Shown: in pieces, positions 46,097 through 56,541 of the stretch | Numbering within the stretch: position 1 is the first letter of the stretch | Layout of the letters: the number at the start of each line of letters is the position of its first letter | Assembly: GCA_038883715.1 (NCBI GenBank) | Contig: JAVZLS010000002.1 | Span: 73,582 to 137,581 of the forward strand | Reading direction: 5' to 3' | DNA length: 64,000 nt | DNA from: Candidatus Bathyarchaeia archaeon | Lineage (GTDB): Archaea; Thermoproteota; Bathyarchaeia; Bathyarchaeales; Bathycorpusculaceae | Program-made: the position numbers and the translations under genes | Notes under the pieces: model-generated | What the model saw: only the letters and a program-made list of their open reading frames with translations | Database searches by the model: none | What the model was told of the DNA's origin: nothing

Positions 46097-47065
46097 GTGA
46101 ATGGTATGCCAATACTAAGCGTTGAAAACCTAACAACCTATTATCGGACTTTAAGAGGTTATGTTAGAGCTGTTGAAAATGTAAGCTTCAACTTAGAGAA
46201 AGGGGAAGCCATGGGGTTAGCCGGTGAGTCTGGCTGTGGGAAAACAACAGTTGCACTATCAATTCTAAAACTTTTGCCTTTCAATGGAGAAATAGTTAAA
46301 GGACATATATTTTTTAAGGAAAATGATATTGTAAACATGAAAGAAAGCGAGCTACGTGAAAACGTCAGATGGAAAGGCATATCTCTGATTTTCCAAGGAG
46401 CAATGAACGCATTAAACCCTGTCTATAGCGTTGAATATCAAATTATAGAGGCTATTAAATTGCATGAAAAGAATGTGAGCAAAAAAGAAGCTAAAGAGCG
46501 GGTGCGGAAACTCTTTGAACTCGTCGGCTTAGACCCAAAACGGGCCTCTAACTACCCCCACGAGTTCAGCGGCGGCATGCGGCAACGTGCGATGATTGCC
46601 ATGGCCCTCGCATGCAACCCAGACATACTTATTGCCGATGAACCTGGAACTGCATTAGACGTAGTTGTTCAAGCGCAAGTTCTAAAATTAATGAGAAGTC
46701 TCAAAGAAAAGCTAAACCTTGGAGTAATAATTATCACCCATGACCTTTCAATAATCTCTGAAACATGCGAAAAGTTCGCCGTTATGTATGCTGGAAAAAT
46801 TGTTGAACTTGGAGATGTTTTAACAGTTTTCAAGGAGCCTCTACACCCTTATACACAAGGTTTGATATCGGCATTTCCAAATATTAAGGAGCCGAAACGC
46901 AAAATGGAATCAATACCAGGATCACCTCCAAACCTTTTAAATCCTCCATCAGGATGTAGGTTTAACCCTCGCTGTAAGTATACAATGGACAAGTGCAAAA
47001 AGGATGAGCCTGAAGTGATAGAGGTGTCAAAAGGCCATTTTGTAGCATGTCATCTTGTAAGGTGA
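46097..47065 (+). CDS. dppD: Peptide ABC transporter ATPase (DppD/OppD)
   Basis: [29 protein letters not shown]...C...VACH. Confidence 0.93.
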   Translation: MNGMPILSVENLTTYYRTLRGYVRAVENVSFNLEKGEAMGLAGESGCGKTTVALSILKLLPFNGEIVKGHIFFKENDIVNMKESELRENVRWKGISLIFQGAMNALNPVYSVEYQIIEAIKLHEKNVSKKEAKERVRKLFELVGLDPKRASNYPHEFSGGMRQRAMIAMALACNPDILIADEPGTALDVVVQAQVLKLMRSLKEKLNLGVIIITHDLSIISETCEKFAVMYAGKIVELGDVLTVFKEPLHPYTQGLISAFPNIKEPKRKMESIPGSPPNLLNPPSGCRFNPRCKYTMDKCKKDEPEVIEVSKGHFVACHLVR

Positions 47066-47073
47066 TTGATTTT

Positions 47074-48078
47074 ATGTCGGAACATATCATAAAAGTTGAA
47101 AAGCTTAGAAAATGGTTCCCTGTTAGGCTAGGTTTCTTTCGTTCTCTTATCTCAAGGAGACAGCTCTTTGTCCGCGCAGTTGATGGTGTCAGCTTCGAAA
47201 TTCACAAGGGAGAAATCTTTGGTCTTGCAGGAGAAAGCGGCAGCGGTAAGACAACAACTGGCCGCATGCTTGTTAAACTCATAGAACCGACGAGTGGAAA
47301 AATAATCTTCCGCGGCCAAGATATCACATTCCTTAAACCAGAAGAAGTAAAGCCTTTACGGAGACATTTCCAAATAGTGTTTCAAGATCCCTACGAATCT
47401 TTAAATCCCAGAATGACTGTTGGCGATATTTTGGCTGAACCATTAAGGCTTTTAAAGGTCGTAGAGTCGGAAGACGAATTGGAAGCAAAGGTTAGGCAAA
47501 TACTTGAAGATGTTGAACTAATCCCTCCAGAAGAGTTTATATTCAGATATCCCCACGAGTTAAGTGGAGGACAGAGGCAGCGAGTCGCAACTGCAAGGGC
47601 TTTTGTTGTTAATCCAGACTTTATAGTGGCAGACGAGCCGGTTTCAATGTTGGATGTTTCAATAAGAGCTGAAATACTTAAGTTAATGCTATCGCTGGTA
47701 GATAAGTACAAAACCTCTTTCTTATACATCACGCACGACCTAGCGTTGTCGAGGCATATGTGTGACCGTATTGGAATAATGTATCTTGGAAAAATAGTGG
47801 AAATGGGAACAAGCGACCAAATAGTCTATGAACCATTACATCCCTATACCAAAGCATTAATAGACGCCGTGCCAGTACCAGACCCCCTTGCAAAAAGAGG
47901 CGACGTTGTTATTAAGGGAGAAATTCCGAGCCCAATCAATCCTCCACCAGGCTGCCGTTTCCACACGCGATGTCCCCAATACATAGGTGACATCTGCCGC
48001 ACAAAGGCGCCACCATTTATGGACATGGGTAAAGGACACTTCGTTGCCTGTCACCTTTACGCAGAAGAGGCAAAGTAA
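47074..48078 (+). CDS. dppF: Peptide ABC transporter ATPase (DppF/OppF)
   Basis: [34 protein letters not shown]; ATG 47074 after AGGTGA. Confidence 0.93.
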   Translation: MSEHIIKVEKLRKWFPVRLGFFRSLISRRQLFVRAVDGVSFEIHKGEIFGLAGESGSGKTTTGRMLVKLIEPTSGKIIFRGQDITFLKPEEVKPLRRHFQIVFQDPYESLNPRMTVGDILAEPLRLLKVVESEDELEAKVRQILEDVELIPPEEFIFRYPHELSGGQRQRVATARAFVVNPDFIVADEPVSMLDVSIRAEILKLMLSLVDKYKTSFLYITHDLALSRHMCDRIGIMYLGKIVEMGTSDQIVYEPLHPYTKALIDAVPVPDPLAKRGDVVIKGEIPSPINPPPGCRFHTRCPQYIGDICRTKAPPFMDMGKGHFVACHLYAEEAK

Positions 48079-48082
48079 ACAG

Positions 48083-48781
48083 CTATTTTTGTTTTTTACT
48101 TTTCCGTGGTGTTTTACGCATAAATTTTCTATTTATTAAAATGAGAACGACTCCGACGGCGATTATGACGCCTCCTGTTGGAATCAAATAAAAGTAAGGT
48201 CTTTCTTCCCGCAACTTTTGTTCTATCATTGTGAACTTAGCAGGTGGCGAGAGGAAAAATCCTTCATGCTGATTAGTGATAAATGCATGGTAAGTGCCAC
48301 TATACTTGGTGATTGCGCCAAATTTATTGTTGTAATTATAGTATTTTGTTTTGTTTACTTCTTGAATTTTGTATTCTTCTTCCATGTATAATCCGCCATC
48401 ATTTGAATTTACTGTAGCTCCAAAGAATTTGCCAGAAGGCTCGTGGCCCACCGTTTGCACTTTTGCATAGTACATAGTAATGTTTGTTTTTCCGCCATGG
48501 GGGTCTATAATAGTGATCTCCACTAGCGCAGCATCGGCTTGAAGAGGCCAATTAATCAAGCCGGAAGCTGGCTCAAACCATATCCACCAAAATTGTCCAG
48601 GTGCTATATCTAATACTAGTCTTGAGCCTGCCGAAAATTCTTTAGAGACTTCCCAACTGTTCGTCTCAATACGCTCTGTCTGGGATATCACAATCTTTAC
48701 TTTATAACTAATTCCTGAAATAATTAGAGCGTATCCGATAACAATAAAGATTATGCCTAAAACAATTAAAGAGCGTCCCAT
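48083..48781 (-). CDS. Membrane protein with an extracellular beta domain between N- and C-terminal TM helices
   Basis: Two terminal hydrophobic helices and a basic tail. Confidence 0.7.
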   Translation of the reverse strand: MGRSLIVLGIIFIVIGYALIISGISYKVKIVISQTERIETNSWEVSKEFSAGSRLVLDIAPGQFWWIWFEPASGLINWPLQADAALVEITIIDPHGGKTNITMYYAKVQTVGHEPSGKFFGATVNSNDGGLYMEEEYKIQEVNKTKYYNYNNKFGAITKYSGTYHAFITNQHEGFFLSPPAKFTMIEQKLREERPYFYLIPTGGVIIAVGVVLILINRKFMRKTPRKSKKQK

Positions 48782-48918
48782 TTAACCCTTCACCAGTCAA
48801 CATCAAAATGGAAAAGATTTATTTAAATTTTCTAGCAAACCACACAATATAGAAGATAATTCTAGCAAGGCTTATATGTTTTTGAGGCGTAGTATTTTTT
48901 GCCGAAGGGGAGAGGGCT

Positions 48919-51888
48919 TTGCATTCAAAGTTTAAGCGTTTGTTATTCCTAATATTTTTGCTAAGTTTTCTGACGCTTTCCGCAGTTTTTGTTTACCCCG
49001 TTGGTGCTACTCCCTGTGCCGTTCTCCATGTTTCTTTGCCTGAAGGCACTTATCGTGGTTATAATGTGGATCCTTGGCTTTGTGAGTGTTGGTTTTTGAA
49101 TTTAACAGGGGCTTCTCAAACTTTTCTTGTTCGCATTAATAATACTAGTGGTTCTTTGCGGTCCTATGATACTCGTTTGGTTATTGCGCTTAACGATGTT
49201 GGTTATAATAAGCTTGTTTCTTTGGTTGTTAATGGCACTAGTGTGCCAAAATCAGCCTTTAAGTGGGGTACGCCTAAACCCTATAAGATTTGGACTTGGC
49301 CTAGTGGTGATGTTTATCCAACCTATTTTAACGACACGGTTATTAATGTTGGTTTGATTCCTAAGAAAGGCTACAAAACTTTGGTTGTTTCTGTGGCTTT
49401 TTCTGATCCTACTGGTGTGAGGGTGCATTTTGACGCTTATGGAAAGTCGACTTCTGGAAGTGTATATTTAGATGGTCAAATTGTTCACAACCCGCTTTCA
49501 GCAGACTCCACAGTTTTCCTTCAAGTGGGACCTCCGCCTCCGCAGCCACCCTTCGCGGTATTCACGTATGCTCCAACTTATCCAGAGGTTAATGAGCCTG
49601 TTACCTTTGATGCTTCAGGAAGTTATGACCCAGACGGCTACATTGTAAGCTACACTTGGAATTTTGGCGATGGCAACATTTCAACGACATCAAATCCGGT
49701 AATAACCCATAAGTATGTAGCCTTTGGCGATTATCCTGTAACTTTGACAGTCACAGACAACAGTGGATTAACAGACCAGGAAACAGCGACAATTCATGTT
49801 AGCCAACATCCAGTGGCTGCTTTCACATTTTCGCCGCCAGACCCGCTGGTTCACGAACCTGTTACTTTTGATGCTTCTAGTTCTTCGCCCGATGGCGGAG
49901 TAATAGTTAACTATACTTGGGATTTTGGCGACGGTAACGTTACAACAACAGCCAATCCTGTTATAACTCATGCATATTCAACCTATGGGACCTTTACAGT
50001 CACTTTGAATGTTACCGACAGTGAAGGGAAATGGGACACCGTATCTAAACAGATAACTATTGAGAAGGCTCCCATAGCAGATTTCTGGTGGGACCCCTTC
50101 TATCCGCAGAGGGGAGAAACAGTAACTTTTGACGCTTCTGTCTCCACACCCGACGGTGGGACAATAGTAAGTTATGCTTGGGATTTTGGCGATGGCACAC
50201 CCATAATTGAAACAGACCAGCCCGTAATAACCCATGTGTACGCGTCAGCTGGCGATTACCCAGTCACTTTAAATGTTACCGACAGCGAGGGCAGATGGGA
50301 CACGGAAACAAAAATAATTACGGTTGTCTTGCGCAGATACTACTTAACAGTTAAGACAGACCCCCTAGGCGTAACAACAATTCCTGGAGAAAACTGGTAC
50401 AATGAAAGTACAGAAGTTACATTATTCGCTCCAGACTATGTTTTAGTTTCGCCTGGGGTGCGCTACAAGTTTAGCTACTGGGATGTTGATGACGTATCCC
50501 AAGGAACTGGCGTAAACCCGATAACGTTTGTTATGGATGCTAACCATACAGCTACCGCCCACTACACCCTAGAATATTACTTGACAGTTACCTCCCCCTT
50601 CGGCACGGTGAGCGGTGAAGGCTGGTATCCAAGCGGAGCAACAGCCTACGCAACACTGATTACAGGCCTAATCGACCATGGAAACGGAACTCGCAGAGTT
50701 TTTGTAAGCTGGGGCGGCGACGCCTCTGGAACAAACTATGCCCAAAGCAACCCAATAATAATGAACGCGCCAAAAACGGCTGTGGCAAACTGGAAGACCC
50801 AGTATGCTGTAACTTTTACTCAGACGGGCTCCGGTGTGGCGCCAACAGTCGCCTACACGGCTGACACAGACCCGACAGAAACAGTGCCCTTCACAGTCTG
50901 GGTTTTAGCTGGCTCCCAAATCACATACGCCTACCAAGACATTGTTCCAGGAGCTGCTCCAGGAATACGCTACATATTGTCAAGCGTTAATCCGCCATCG
51001 CCACAAATCGTTAATGCTCCCTTCACGGTGAGCGCCTCCTATCAAGTCCAATACTATCTAACTGTGCGCACCGACCCGCCCGGAATCGCAACAATCCCGG
51101 GAGAGGGCTGGTATAATTCCGGGCAAAGCGTTCAGCTCACCGCACCAGCTGTGGCGGGTTACACGTTCCAATACTGGGATGTTGACGGCGCATCGCAGGG
51201 AAGCGGCGTAAATCCAATAACGGTGGTTATGAATGCTCCCCATACAGCTACTGCTCACTACACAGCGGTTGTGCCAACATACAAGCTGAAAATTGAGACA
51301 ACGGTAGGGGGCACGACAAATCCGGCGCCGGGCACATACACCTATGCAGCTGGTTCACTGGTCCAGGTTACTGCAATTCCAAGTAACGGCTATGTTTTTG
51401 ACCATTGGGAGCTTAACGGCACGAATGTGGGCACAGCCACAACCTACACGGTCACAATGAACAACAACTATGTATTGAAAGCCTTCTTTAAGACGGCGCC
51501 AACGCCGCCAACAGTTTCGATAAGCCCCATGACCGCCTCAATACTGGTTGGACAGCAGGTAACCTTCACATCAACCGTCAGCGGAGGAACACCGCCCTAC
51601 ACATATCAATGGTTTGTGAACAATAACCCGGTTCCTGGAGCAACATCTAGTAGCTTCACGTTCACGCCAACAGCAACTGGCACATACTATGTGGTGCTGA
51701 AGGTTACGGATGCGGCAGGCAACACAGCCCAGTCAGACCCCGCCAAAGTAATAGTTTCATCCATCCCGGTTGGTGGATACTCGGTAGCCTTAACCAAAAA
51801 TGCTCCTATAACGCCGACAATTGTATACGCAATGCTGATGGCATTGTTCGGCGCGCTTTTAAGTCTAACAAAACGCAAGGGAAAATAA
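48919..51888 (+). CDS. Large surface protein: unknown N-terminal domain, three PKD domains, repeated beta modules, TM anchor
   Basis: Three W(N/D)FGDG PKD repeats; repeated YYLTV...GE.WY...YWDVD..SQG.GVNPIT.VM units; IPVGGYS, TM, KRKGK. Confidence 0.85.
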   Translation: MHSKFKRLLFLIFLLSFLTLSAVFVYPVGATPCAVLHVSLPEGTYRGYNVDPWLCECWFLNLTGASQTFLVRINNTSGSLRSYDTRLVIALNDVGYNKLVSLVVNGTSVPKSAFKWGTPKPYKIWTWPSGDVYPTYFNDTVINVGLIPKKGYKTLVVSVAFSDPTGVRVHFDAYGKSTSGSVYLDGQIVHNPLSADSTVFLQVGPPPPQPPFAVFTYAPTYPEVNEPVTFDASGSYDPDGYIVSYTWNFGDGNISTTSNPVITHKYVAFGDYPVTLTVTDNSGLTDQETATIHVSQHPVAAFTFSPPDPLVHEPVTFDASSSSPDGGVIVNYTWDFGDGNVTTTANPVITHAYSTYGTFTVTLNVTDSEGKWDTVSKQITIEKAPIADFWWDPFYPQRGETVTFDASVSTPDGGTIVSYAWDFGDGTPIIETDQPVITHVYASAGDYPVTLNVTDSEGRWDTETKIITVVLRRYYLTVKTDPLGVTTIPGENWYNESTEVTLFAPDYVLVSPGVRYKFSYWDVDDVSQGTGVNPITFVMDANHTATAHYTLEYYLTVTSPFGTVSGEGWYPSGATAYATLITGLIDHGNGTRRVFVSWGGDASGTNYAQSNPIIMNAPKTAVANWKTQYAVTFTQTGSGVAPTVAYTADTDPTETVPFTVWVLAGSQITYAYQDIVPGAAPGIRYILSSVNPPSPQIVNAPFTVSASYQVQYYLTVRTDPPGIATIPGEGWYNSGQSVQLTAPAVAGYTFQYWDVDGASQGSGVNPITVVMNAPHTATAHYTAVVPTYKLKIETTVGGTTNPAPGTYTYAAGSLVQVTAIPSNGYVFDHWELNGTNVGTATTYTVTMNNNYVLKAFFKTAPTPPTVSISPMTASILVGQQVTFTSTVSGGTPPYTYQWFVNNNPVPGATSSSFTFTPTATGTYYVVLKVTDAAGNTAQSDPAKVIVSSIPVGGYSVALTKNAPITPTIVYAMLMALFGALLSLTKRKGK

Positions 51889-51933
51889 CCCTCAACTTCT
51901 CATATTTCTATCTGTAAGAAACCCTGTTAGAGG

Positions 51934-52854
51934 TTGTCTCAACACATGCCAGAGAAAACTCGGAAAATTAAGAAAGTTCGGGAAAAAGAAGCAAAGAAAC
52001 CTCTATTAAACAAGAAATTGCTGGTAATTTCAGTAACCATAGCGGCCGTAATAATTTTAGGCGCTGTGCTGTATCAACTTCTCTGGCGGACTCAAGAAGG
52101 CTATGTGGAACTTCCAATTAAAGCTGCAATAATAGATCAGCTAAGCAGTAGTCAACTATTTAATGTTTCACGATGGGTGAATGAAACTTTTGTTGAAAAT
52201 GCGAAAATGCTACTACTTCAACGATTCCCAAGCGTTGACTATTACTCAGACAATGCCACCGTTGAGCAATATAGCAAACTGGCCTCCTTAAATTATAAAA
52301 TGATAATTTGGAGGGTGCATTCAGCATTAGATCCGCAAAAATATATTGCAATATGTTCTTCAGAGAGATATATTCCTGGAAAGTATGAGCAATACTCATT
52401 AGAGCAGCTTAAATTATGTAATATTACGGGTGACCCTTTATTTTATTATGCGATAACGCCAAAATTCATTGAGGAGTGTATGAGTGGAAAATTTAAAGAC
52501 ACCGTCATTATTTTAATGAGTTGTAATGGTCTCAATTCCGATTATAAACAAACAGCAGAGGCCTTAATAAGAAAAGGTGTTAAAGTTTTCATTAGCTGGA
52601 ATGGGTGGATCGACAAAACCGATAATGATAATGCAATCTCACGCCTGCTTGAGTATTTAATTAAAGAAAATTTTACAATATCTGAAGCTGTAAGCAGGAT
52701 ACCAATTTATGGAATGACTAAATTAGATTATTACCCACATACCTCTGAAGTTGCAGACTACCATATTCCGAACTACAAACAATCTAATGTTTCAGGTGAT
52801 ATGATATTTCCACCAGCAATAATTTCAAGGAAGGTTGAAAGTTTAAAGCTTTAA
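51934..52854 (+). CDS. Membrane-anchored hypothetical protein, possible caspase/gingipain-fold domain
   Basis: N-terminal TM; AAIIDQL, IIWRVHS, ILMSC, FISWNG. Confidence 0.65.
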   Translation: MSQHMPEKTRKIKKVREKEAKKPLLNKKLLVISVTIAAVIILGAVLYQLLWRTQEGYVELPIKAAIIDQLSSSQLFNVSRWVNETFVENAKMLLLQRFPSVDYYSDNATVEQYSKLASLNYKMIIWRVHSALDPQKYIAICSSERYIPGKYEQYSLEQLKLCNITGDPLFYYAITPKFIEECMSGKFKDTVIILMSCNGLNSDYKQTAEALIRKGVKVFISWNGWIDKTDNDNAISRLLEYLIKENFTISEAVSRIPIYGMTKLDYYPHTSEVADYHIPNYKQSNVSGDMIFPPAIISRKVESLKL

Positions 52855-52866
52855 GTTTAGATTCGT

Positions 52867-53199
52867 CTAGCTGATATTACTCATCAAATTCTTTATTCTT
52901 CTAGAAATTATTTCGTGTAGTTGATTGCGCAGAACTTCTCCTGTTAAATTGCTTTTTTGAACTTTTCTGAATTCAGCAGCTAATTCTTCATCTTGCAAAA
53001 CTTCGTTTATCCATTTTTCGAAGTCTCCGCGGTAGAGATGAAACTCTAAAGATTTTACATTAACTTCGTTTATTTTTTCCATAAACTCTTTAAGGGATGA
53101 GGCGCTTTCACCAGTGTAATTTCCTATCGATGTGAAGAAGTAGAAGGCTTTCTCTCTTGGAACGGTTTTTAGGGCTTTTATTTCCGTTTCGTTTTTCAC
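52867..53199 (-). CDS. DUF5752-like protein
   Basis: AFYF....G.YTG..A.SL.EF...SLEFHLYRGDFEKWI. Confidence 0.7.
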   Translation of the reverse strand: MKNETEIKALKTVPREKAFYFFTSIGNYTGESASSLKEFMEKINEVNVKSLEFHLYRGDFEKWINEVLQDEELAAEFRKVQKSNLTGEVLRNQLHEIISRRIKNLMSNIS

Positions 53200-53215
53200 T
53201 TTTGTTTCTTCCTTC

Positions 53216-53737
53216 TTATTGCCTATTTTTGTTTTCAGTTGGTGTTAACTTTTTCGGGTCATTTACTATTAAAGGTTGGGTTTCCTTAAACTTTTTTGTA
53301 ACTATTGATGTTCGGATTCGCAGAACTCCAGGTAGCGGCGCAACTGTGCTTGCGATGAACTCGTGGAGGCTTTCCTGGTTTTCGGCTATTACTTTTGCTA
53401 TTATTTGAAGTTCCTCTGATAGGGATGTGTAGACCTCTGTGACCTGTGGGACTGTGCAGAGTTTTTCTGCTACTTTCTCGCTTTCTTTTGGGTCTGTGAT
53501 TATTGTCATTATGGCTGTTATGTTTTTGGCTCCAGTCTTTTCGGAGTCTATAAGCGCCGTGTACTTTTTTATTACGCCGTGCTGCTCCATTCGCTTTATT
53601 CTGTCGTAGACTGTGGAGTGGGCTATTCCGAGGCGTTTGCCAATGGTTGTGTAGGTTTGCCTTGCATCTTCCTGTAGCATTTCCAATATTTTAATGTCTG
53701 TTGAGTCAAGGCTTAACATGTTATTTTTGACGCGCAA
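53216..53737 (-). CDS. Lrp/AsnC family transcriptional regulator (start possibly ATG at 53719)
   Basis: LDSTDIKILEMLQEDARQ HTH, TVYDRIKRM...GVIKKY, C-terminal RAM domain. Confidence 0.92.
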   Translation of the reverse strand: MRVKNNMLSLDSTDIKILEMLQEDARQTYTTIGKRLGIAHSTVYDRIKRMEQHGVIKKYTALIDSEKTGAKNITAIMTIITDPKESEKVAEKLCTVPQVTEVYTSLSEELQIIAKVIAENQESLHEFIASTVAPLPGVLRIRTSIVTKKFKETQPLIVNDPKKLTPTENKNRQ

Positions 53738-54087
53738 ACCTCAGCCCTGCTGAGCGTTCCTATCTGAAATACGGCTAGAAATATATTGTTTGTTGTCGGA
53801 AAAGTGTAGAAAATTTCCACCTACAATCGGAAAATGTTCGATTAAATATCACCGGAGAATGCAACGGAACGCTCTGGTAATCCACTAATGTGTCCTTATT
53901 CCATAAAATAGCCTCGCAGTAATCCTTTCATTTTTCGGAAAATTGTCTAAAAAACAATTTTTAGCCTACAACTTTTCAATTTTGAATTTTTAAACCTACA
54001 TTTTTGCAGATAAACTGGCAAATAAGTTTAAATCTGTGGGATAGAATATTCTTCTAGAAGATTCTAACAAGAGGTTAGTGTCGGAAG

Positions 54088-54576
54088 ATGAAAACATCAA
54101 GGATTTGGGAAATTCTGAAAAAGTTTAAGGAGACTTGTAGGTTCCGAGGTTGGAGAACTTCTGAAAGCGAGGATTGGGTTGAGGTTGACCGCAAATATCA
54201 TAATTTCCTCTTAACTCGAAATATTCACCCGTCATCCTTCCGTAATATCGCCCAAAACAGAAAGTGTGTTGTTCGTGAAGGCTTATCCTACCGTGTTGTT
54301 GAAGCCTCCTATATGGCTTGGGTTTTTTCCGAAACCCCACCTGAAAGCCTCCTAAACCTTTTCCTTGAGAATCCAAGTTTTTCAAAGAGAGTTGCCCTTT
54401 ACGATTTGAGCCCCCTCACAGAGGGGCGGAACACTTGTGTTAAGCTGAATTTTACAGACAGTCCAGTTTTCCAGGAGTTTGAAAGTTTCCTTGAAAAAGA
54501 GTTTGGAGTTAAAATTGAAGAGTACGCCAACCTGAAGACGACTCTTGAAGATTGCACGTTGGCGGAGTCCCTTTAA
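54088..54576 (+). CDS. Hypothetical protein
   Basis: 162-aa ORF divergent from lrp; TTTAAA TATA-like element upstream. Confidence 0.7.
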   Translation: MKTSRIWEILKKFKETCRFRGWRTSESEDWVEVDRKYHNFLLTRNIHPSSFRNIAQNRKCVVREGLSYRVVEASYMAWVFSETPPESLLNLFLENPSFSKRVALYDLSPLTEGRNTCVKLNFTDSPVFQEFESFLEKEFGVKIEEYANLKTTLEDCTLAESL

Positions 54577-54643
54577 ACTCTTGGTTTATTTAATGAAAGA
54601 TTTGATAAGCAAAACGCCACATATATTTTAGCTGTGAGCGGGC

Positions 54644-55255
54644 ATGTCTGAAGAGGCTGAAGAGGTTAAGAGGATTCTAGCCTTCAAAAAGAAGCTTGAA
54701 AGAAGAGTTGAAAAGCTTGAATCAGAGCTTAGAGAGCTAAAATCAATTTTGGAGGCTGTGAACTCTGTTCTTTTGGCTAAGGGGTTTAAGCGGGCTGAAA
54801 TCGCTAAAGCTCCAGCGCCGACGCCGCCAGCAGTAGCTGTGCCAATAAAGGAAGAGGAGATGGTGATTCAGCCACAACCAGTGCAGATGCCAGAGTTTAA
54901 GGAAGTTATTTCCTTGAAAACTGCCGCTGAAGAGCTGCTTGCAACACTGTATGTTGGTGAAGGCTTTCTAAAAATTGTCTTAGCCGAAGACAAAAAGTTC
55001 AATGTTAATACCCCGCCTTTTAACCAATTTCTGGTGGAAAGGGTCTTAGCAAAAATGCAGCAGAAGGACAGCGAACTAGCCAAAGCTGGAAAGCTTAAGC
55101 CAGAGGAAATTTTCTCCTACAACATTGTTAGAGATGGCGAAATAATCCGCGAGATTCACATCAAAAATTTTGATGCTGAACGCCTAAGAGAGCTTAAGTC
55201 GAGTGTCAAGTGGACTTTAGAGAAAATGTATGAAAAAATGAAAAGCCAAAGTTAA
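54644..55255 (+). CDS. Hypothetical protein with an N-terminal coiled coil
   Basis: Heptad-rich N-terminus, Pro/Ala linker, globular C-terminal domain. Confidence 0.7.
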   Translation: MSEEAEEVKRILAFKKKLERRVEKLESELRELKSILEAVNSVLLAKGFKRAEIAKAPAPTPPAVAVPIKEEEMVIQPQPVQMPEFKEVISLKTAAEELLATLYVGEGFLKIVLAEDKKFNVNTPPFNQFLVERVLAKMQQKDSELAKAGKLKPEEIFSYNIVRDGEIIREIHIKNFDAERLRELKSSVKWTLEKMYEKMKSQS

Positions 55256-55263
55256 AACGAATT

Positions 55264-55830
55264 TTAAGGCCATTTTCTGTCAAAGTATATGTTTTTGCCC
55301 TTTGCCGAAAGCGGTATGCCCATGGCAACTGTTGCTTCTGGCATTAGGTTCAGCTTTAGTGCTGCCGTGCCTATGCGGTACATTATGCGGTTGTCAATGT
55401 TTAAGATGCTTGCAATTTTAACGGCTGAGCCTAGGGCTATCCCAAGGTCTAAAGCCTTAAAAAGGCATGTTGGGCCAGTAAAGTCTTGTCCCGCCTGCCT
55501 TTTTGTTTCTTCAAATTCGCTACATTTCCTATAGCCGCATGCTCCACAGTTGATTCCTAGGCTTTTGCTCCCCCTAACTCCTATTAGGACTATGGCTTCA
55601 GAGTCTCTCACGTTTTTCGCGTCTCGTTTAAAACCGTCAATCTTTCTTTGTTCGGCTATTTCTTCCATTTTTTCGGCTATAGCGTCCTTTTCTTCGCCGT
55701 AAACGATTATTGTTATGATGTCGTCTATTCCAGCTGTTTTTGGAGCTGTTCTAGCCGCGGCTAACATAAACTTTGCAACTTCAAGTATGGCCTCTTTCTC
55801 GCCGTTTTCACCTTCGACTTTTGGACTCAT
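55264..55830 (-). CDS. DUF2148 ferredoxin-domain protein (nitroreductase-like fold)
   Basis: AARTAPK, NCGACGY..C, GPTC, DLGIALGSA, DNRIMY, KNIYFDR. Confidence 0.85.
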   Translation of the reverse strand: MSPKVEGENGEKEAILEVAKFMLAAARTAPKTAGIDDIITIIVYGEEKDAIAEKMEEIAEQRKIDGFKRDAKNVRDSEAIVLIGVRGSKSLGINCGACGYRKCSEFEETKRQAGQDFTGPTCLFKALDLGIALGSAVKIASILNIDNRIMYRIGTAALKLNLMPEATVAMGIPLSAKGKNIYFDRKWP

Positions 55831-55896
55831 ACATTCACCTCGTCAAATAAACTAGAATTGATTAGGCTATGTAAAGTTAAGTGTTTTATTTTCCGC

Positions 55897-56037
55897 CTAA
55901 AAGCCTAAAGGTCTAAAGGCCCTTTTTAAAAGCTCAATTATGGTGTCTAGCTGTCCTGCGTATAAGCCTATGGTGAGTAGAGATACGCCTAGAAGCAGTA
56001 GGAGGGCGCCTATAACCCTGCGCTCGTGCAAGTCCAT
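55897..56037 (-). CDS. Small single-TM membrane protein (46 aa)
   Basis: ATG 56037 just after the trxA stop with GGAGTGA RBS; MDLHERRVIGALLLLLGVSLLTIGLY. Confidence 0.55.
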   Translation of the reverse strand: MDLHERRVIGALLLLLGVSLLTIGLYAGQLDTIIELLKRAFRPLGF

Positions 56038-56044
56038 GCCCTTT

Positions 56045-56464
56045 TCACTCCAAATATTTTTTGAGGCGGGCTTCAACTTGACTTTTTGGAACAAAGCCCA
56101 CTATCCTGTCAACTTCTTCCCCTGTCTTCAAAATTATAAGGGTTGGTATGCTGAAAACCTGAAAGCGGTCGGCTGTTGCTGGATTTTCGTCCACGTTAAG
56201 TTTTCCAACAAGAACTTTGCCCGTATATTCCTTTGCCAGTTCCTCTATCACTGGCGCCATCATCCTGCATGGCATGCACCAATCTGCAAAAAAGTCAACA
56301 AGGACAAGTGGGTTTTTGCTCACAATTTCCTTAAAATTTGAATCTGTAATATGGATTACTTGTCCACCCAAACTTTTCTTCTCCTCAAGCTCTTTCATTA
56401 ACTCGCGCAGTTTTCTTTCTCTAATATGTCTTAGTTCAACGTCATTTTCTGATATAAACTTCAC
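56045..56464 (-). CDS. trxA: Thioredoxin
   Basis: [23 protein letters not shown]. Confidence 0.92.
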   Translation of the reverse strand: MKFISENDVELRHIRERKLRELMKELEEKKSLGGQVIHITDSNFKEIVSKNPLVLVDFFADWCMPCRMMAPVIEELAKEYTGKVLVGKLNVDENPATADRFQVFSIPTLIILKTGEEVDRIVGFVPKSQVEARLKKYLE

Positions 56465-56541
56465 GCTCCCTATTCATTTGCCAACTTCACTTGATAATAA
56501 CTTTTGGCTTTCCAAACACTAGGAATGTAGCGGTAGAGAGA

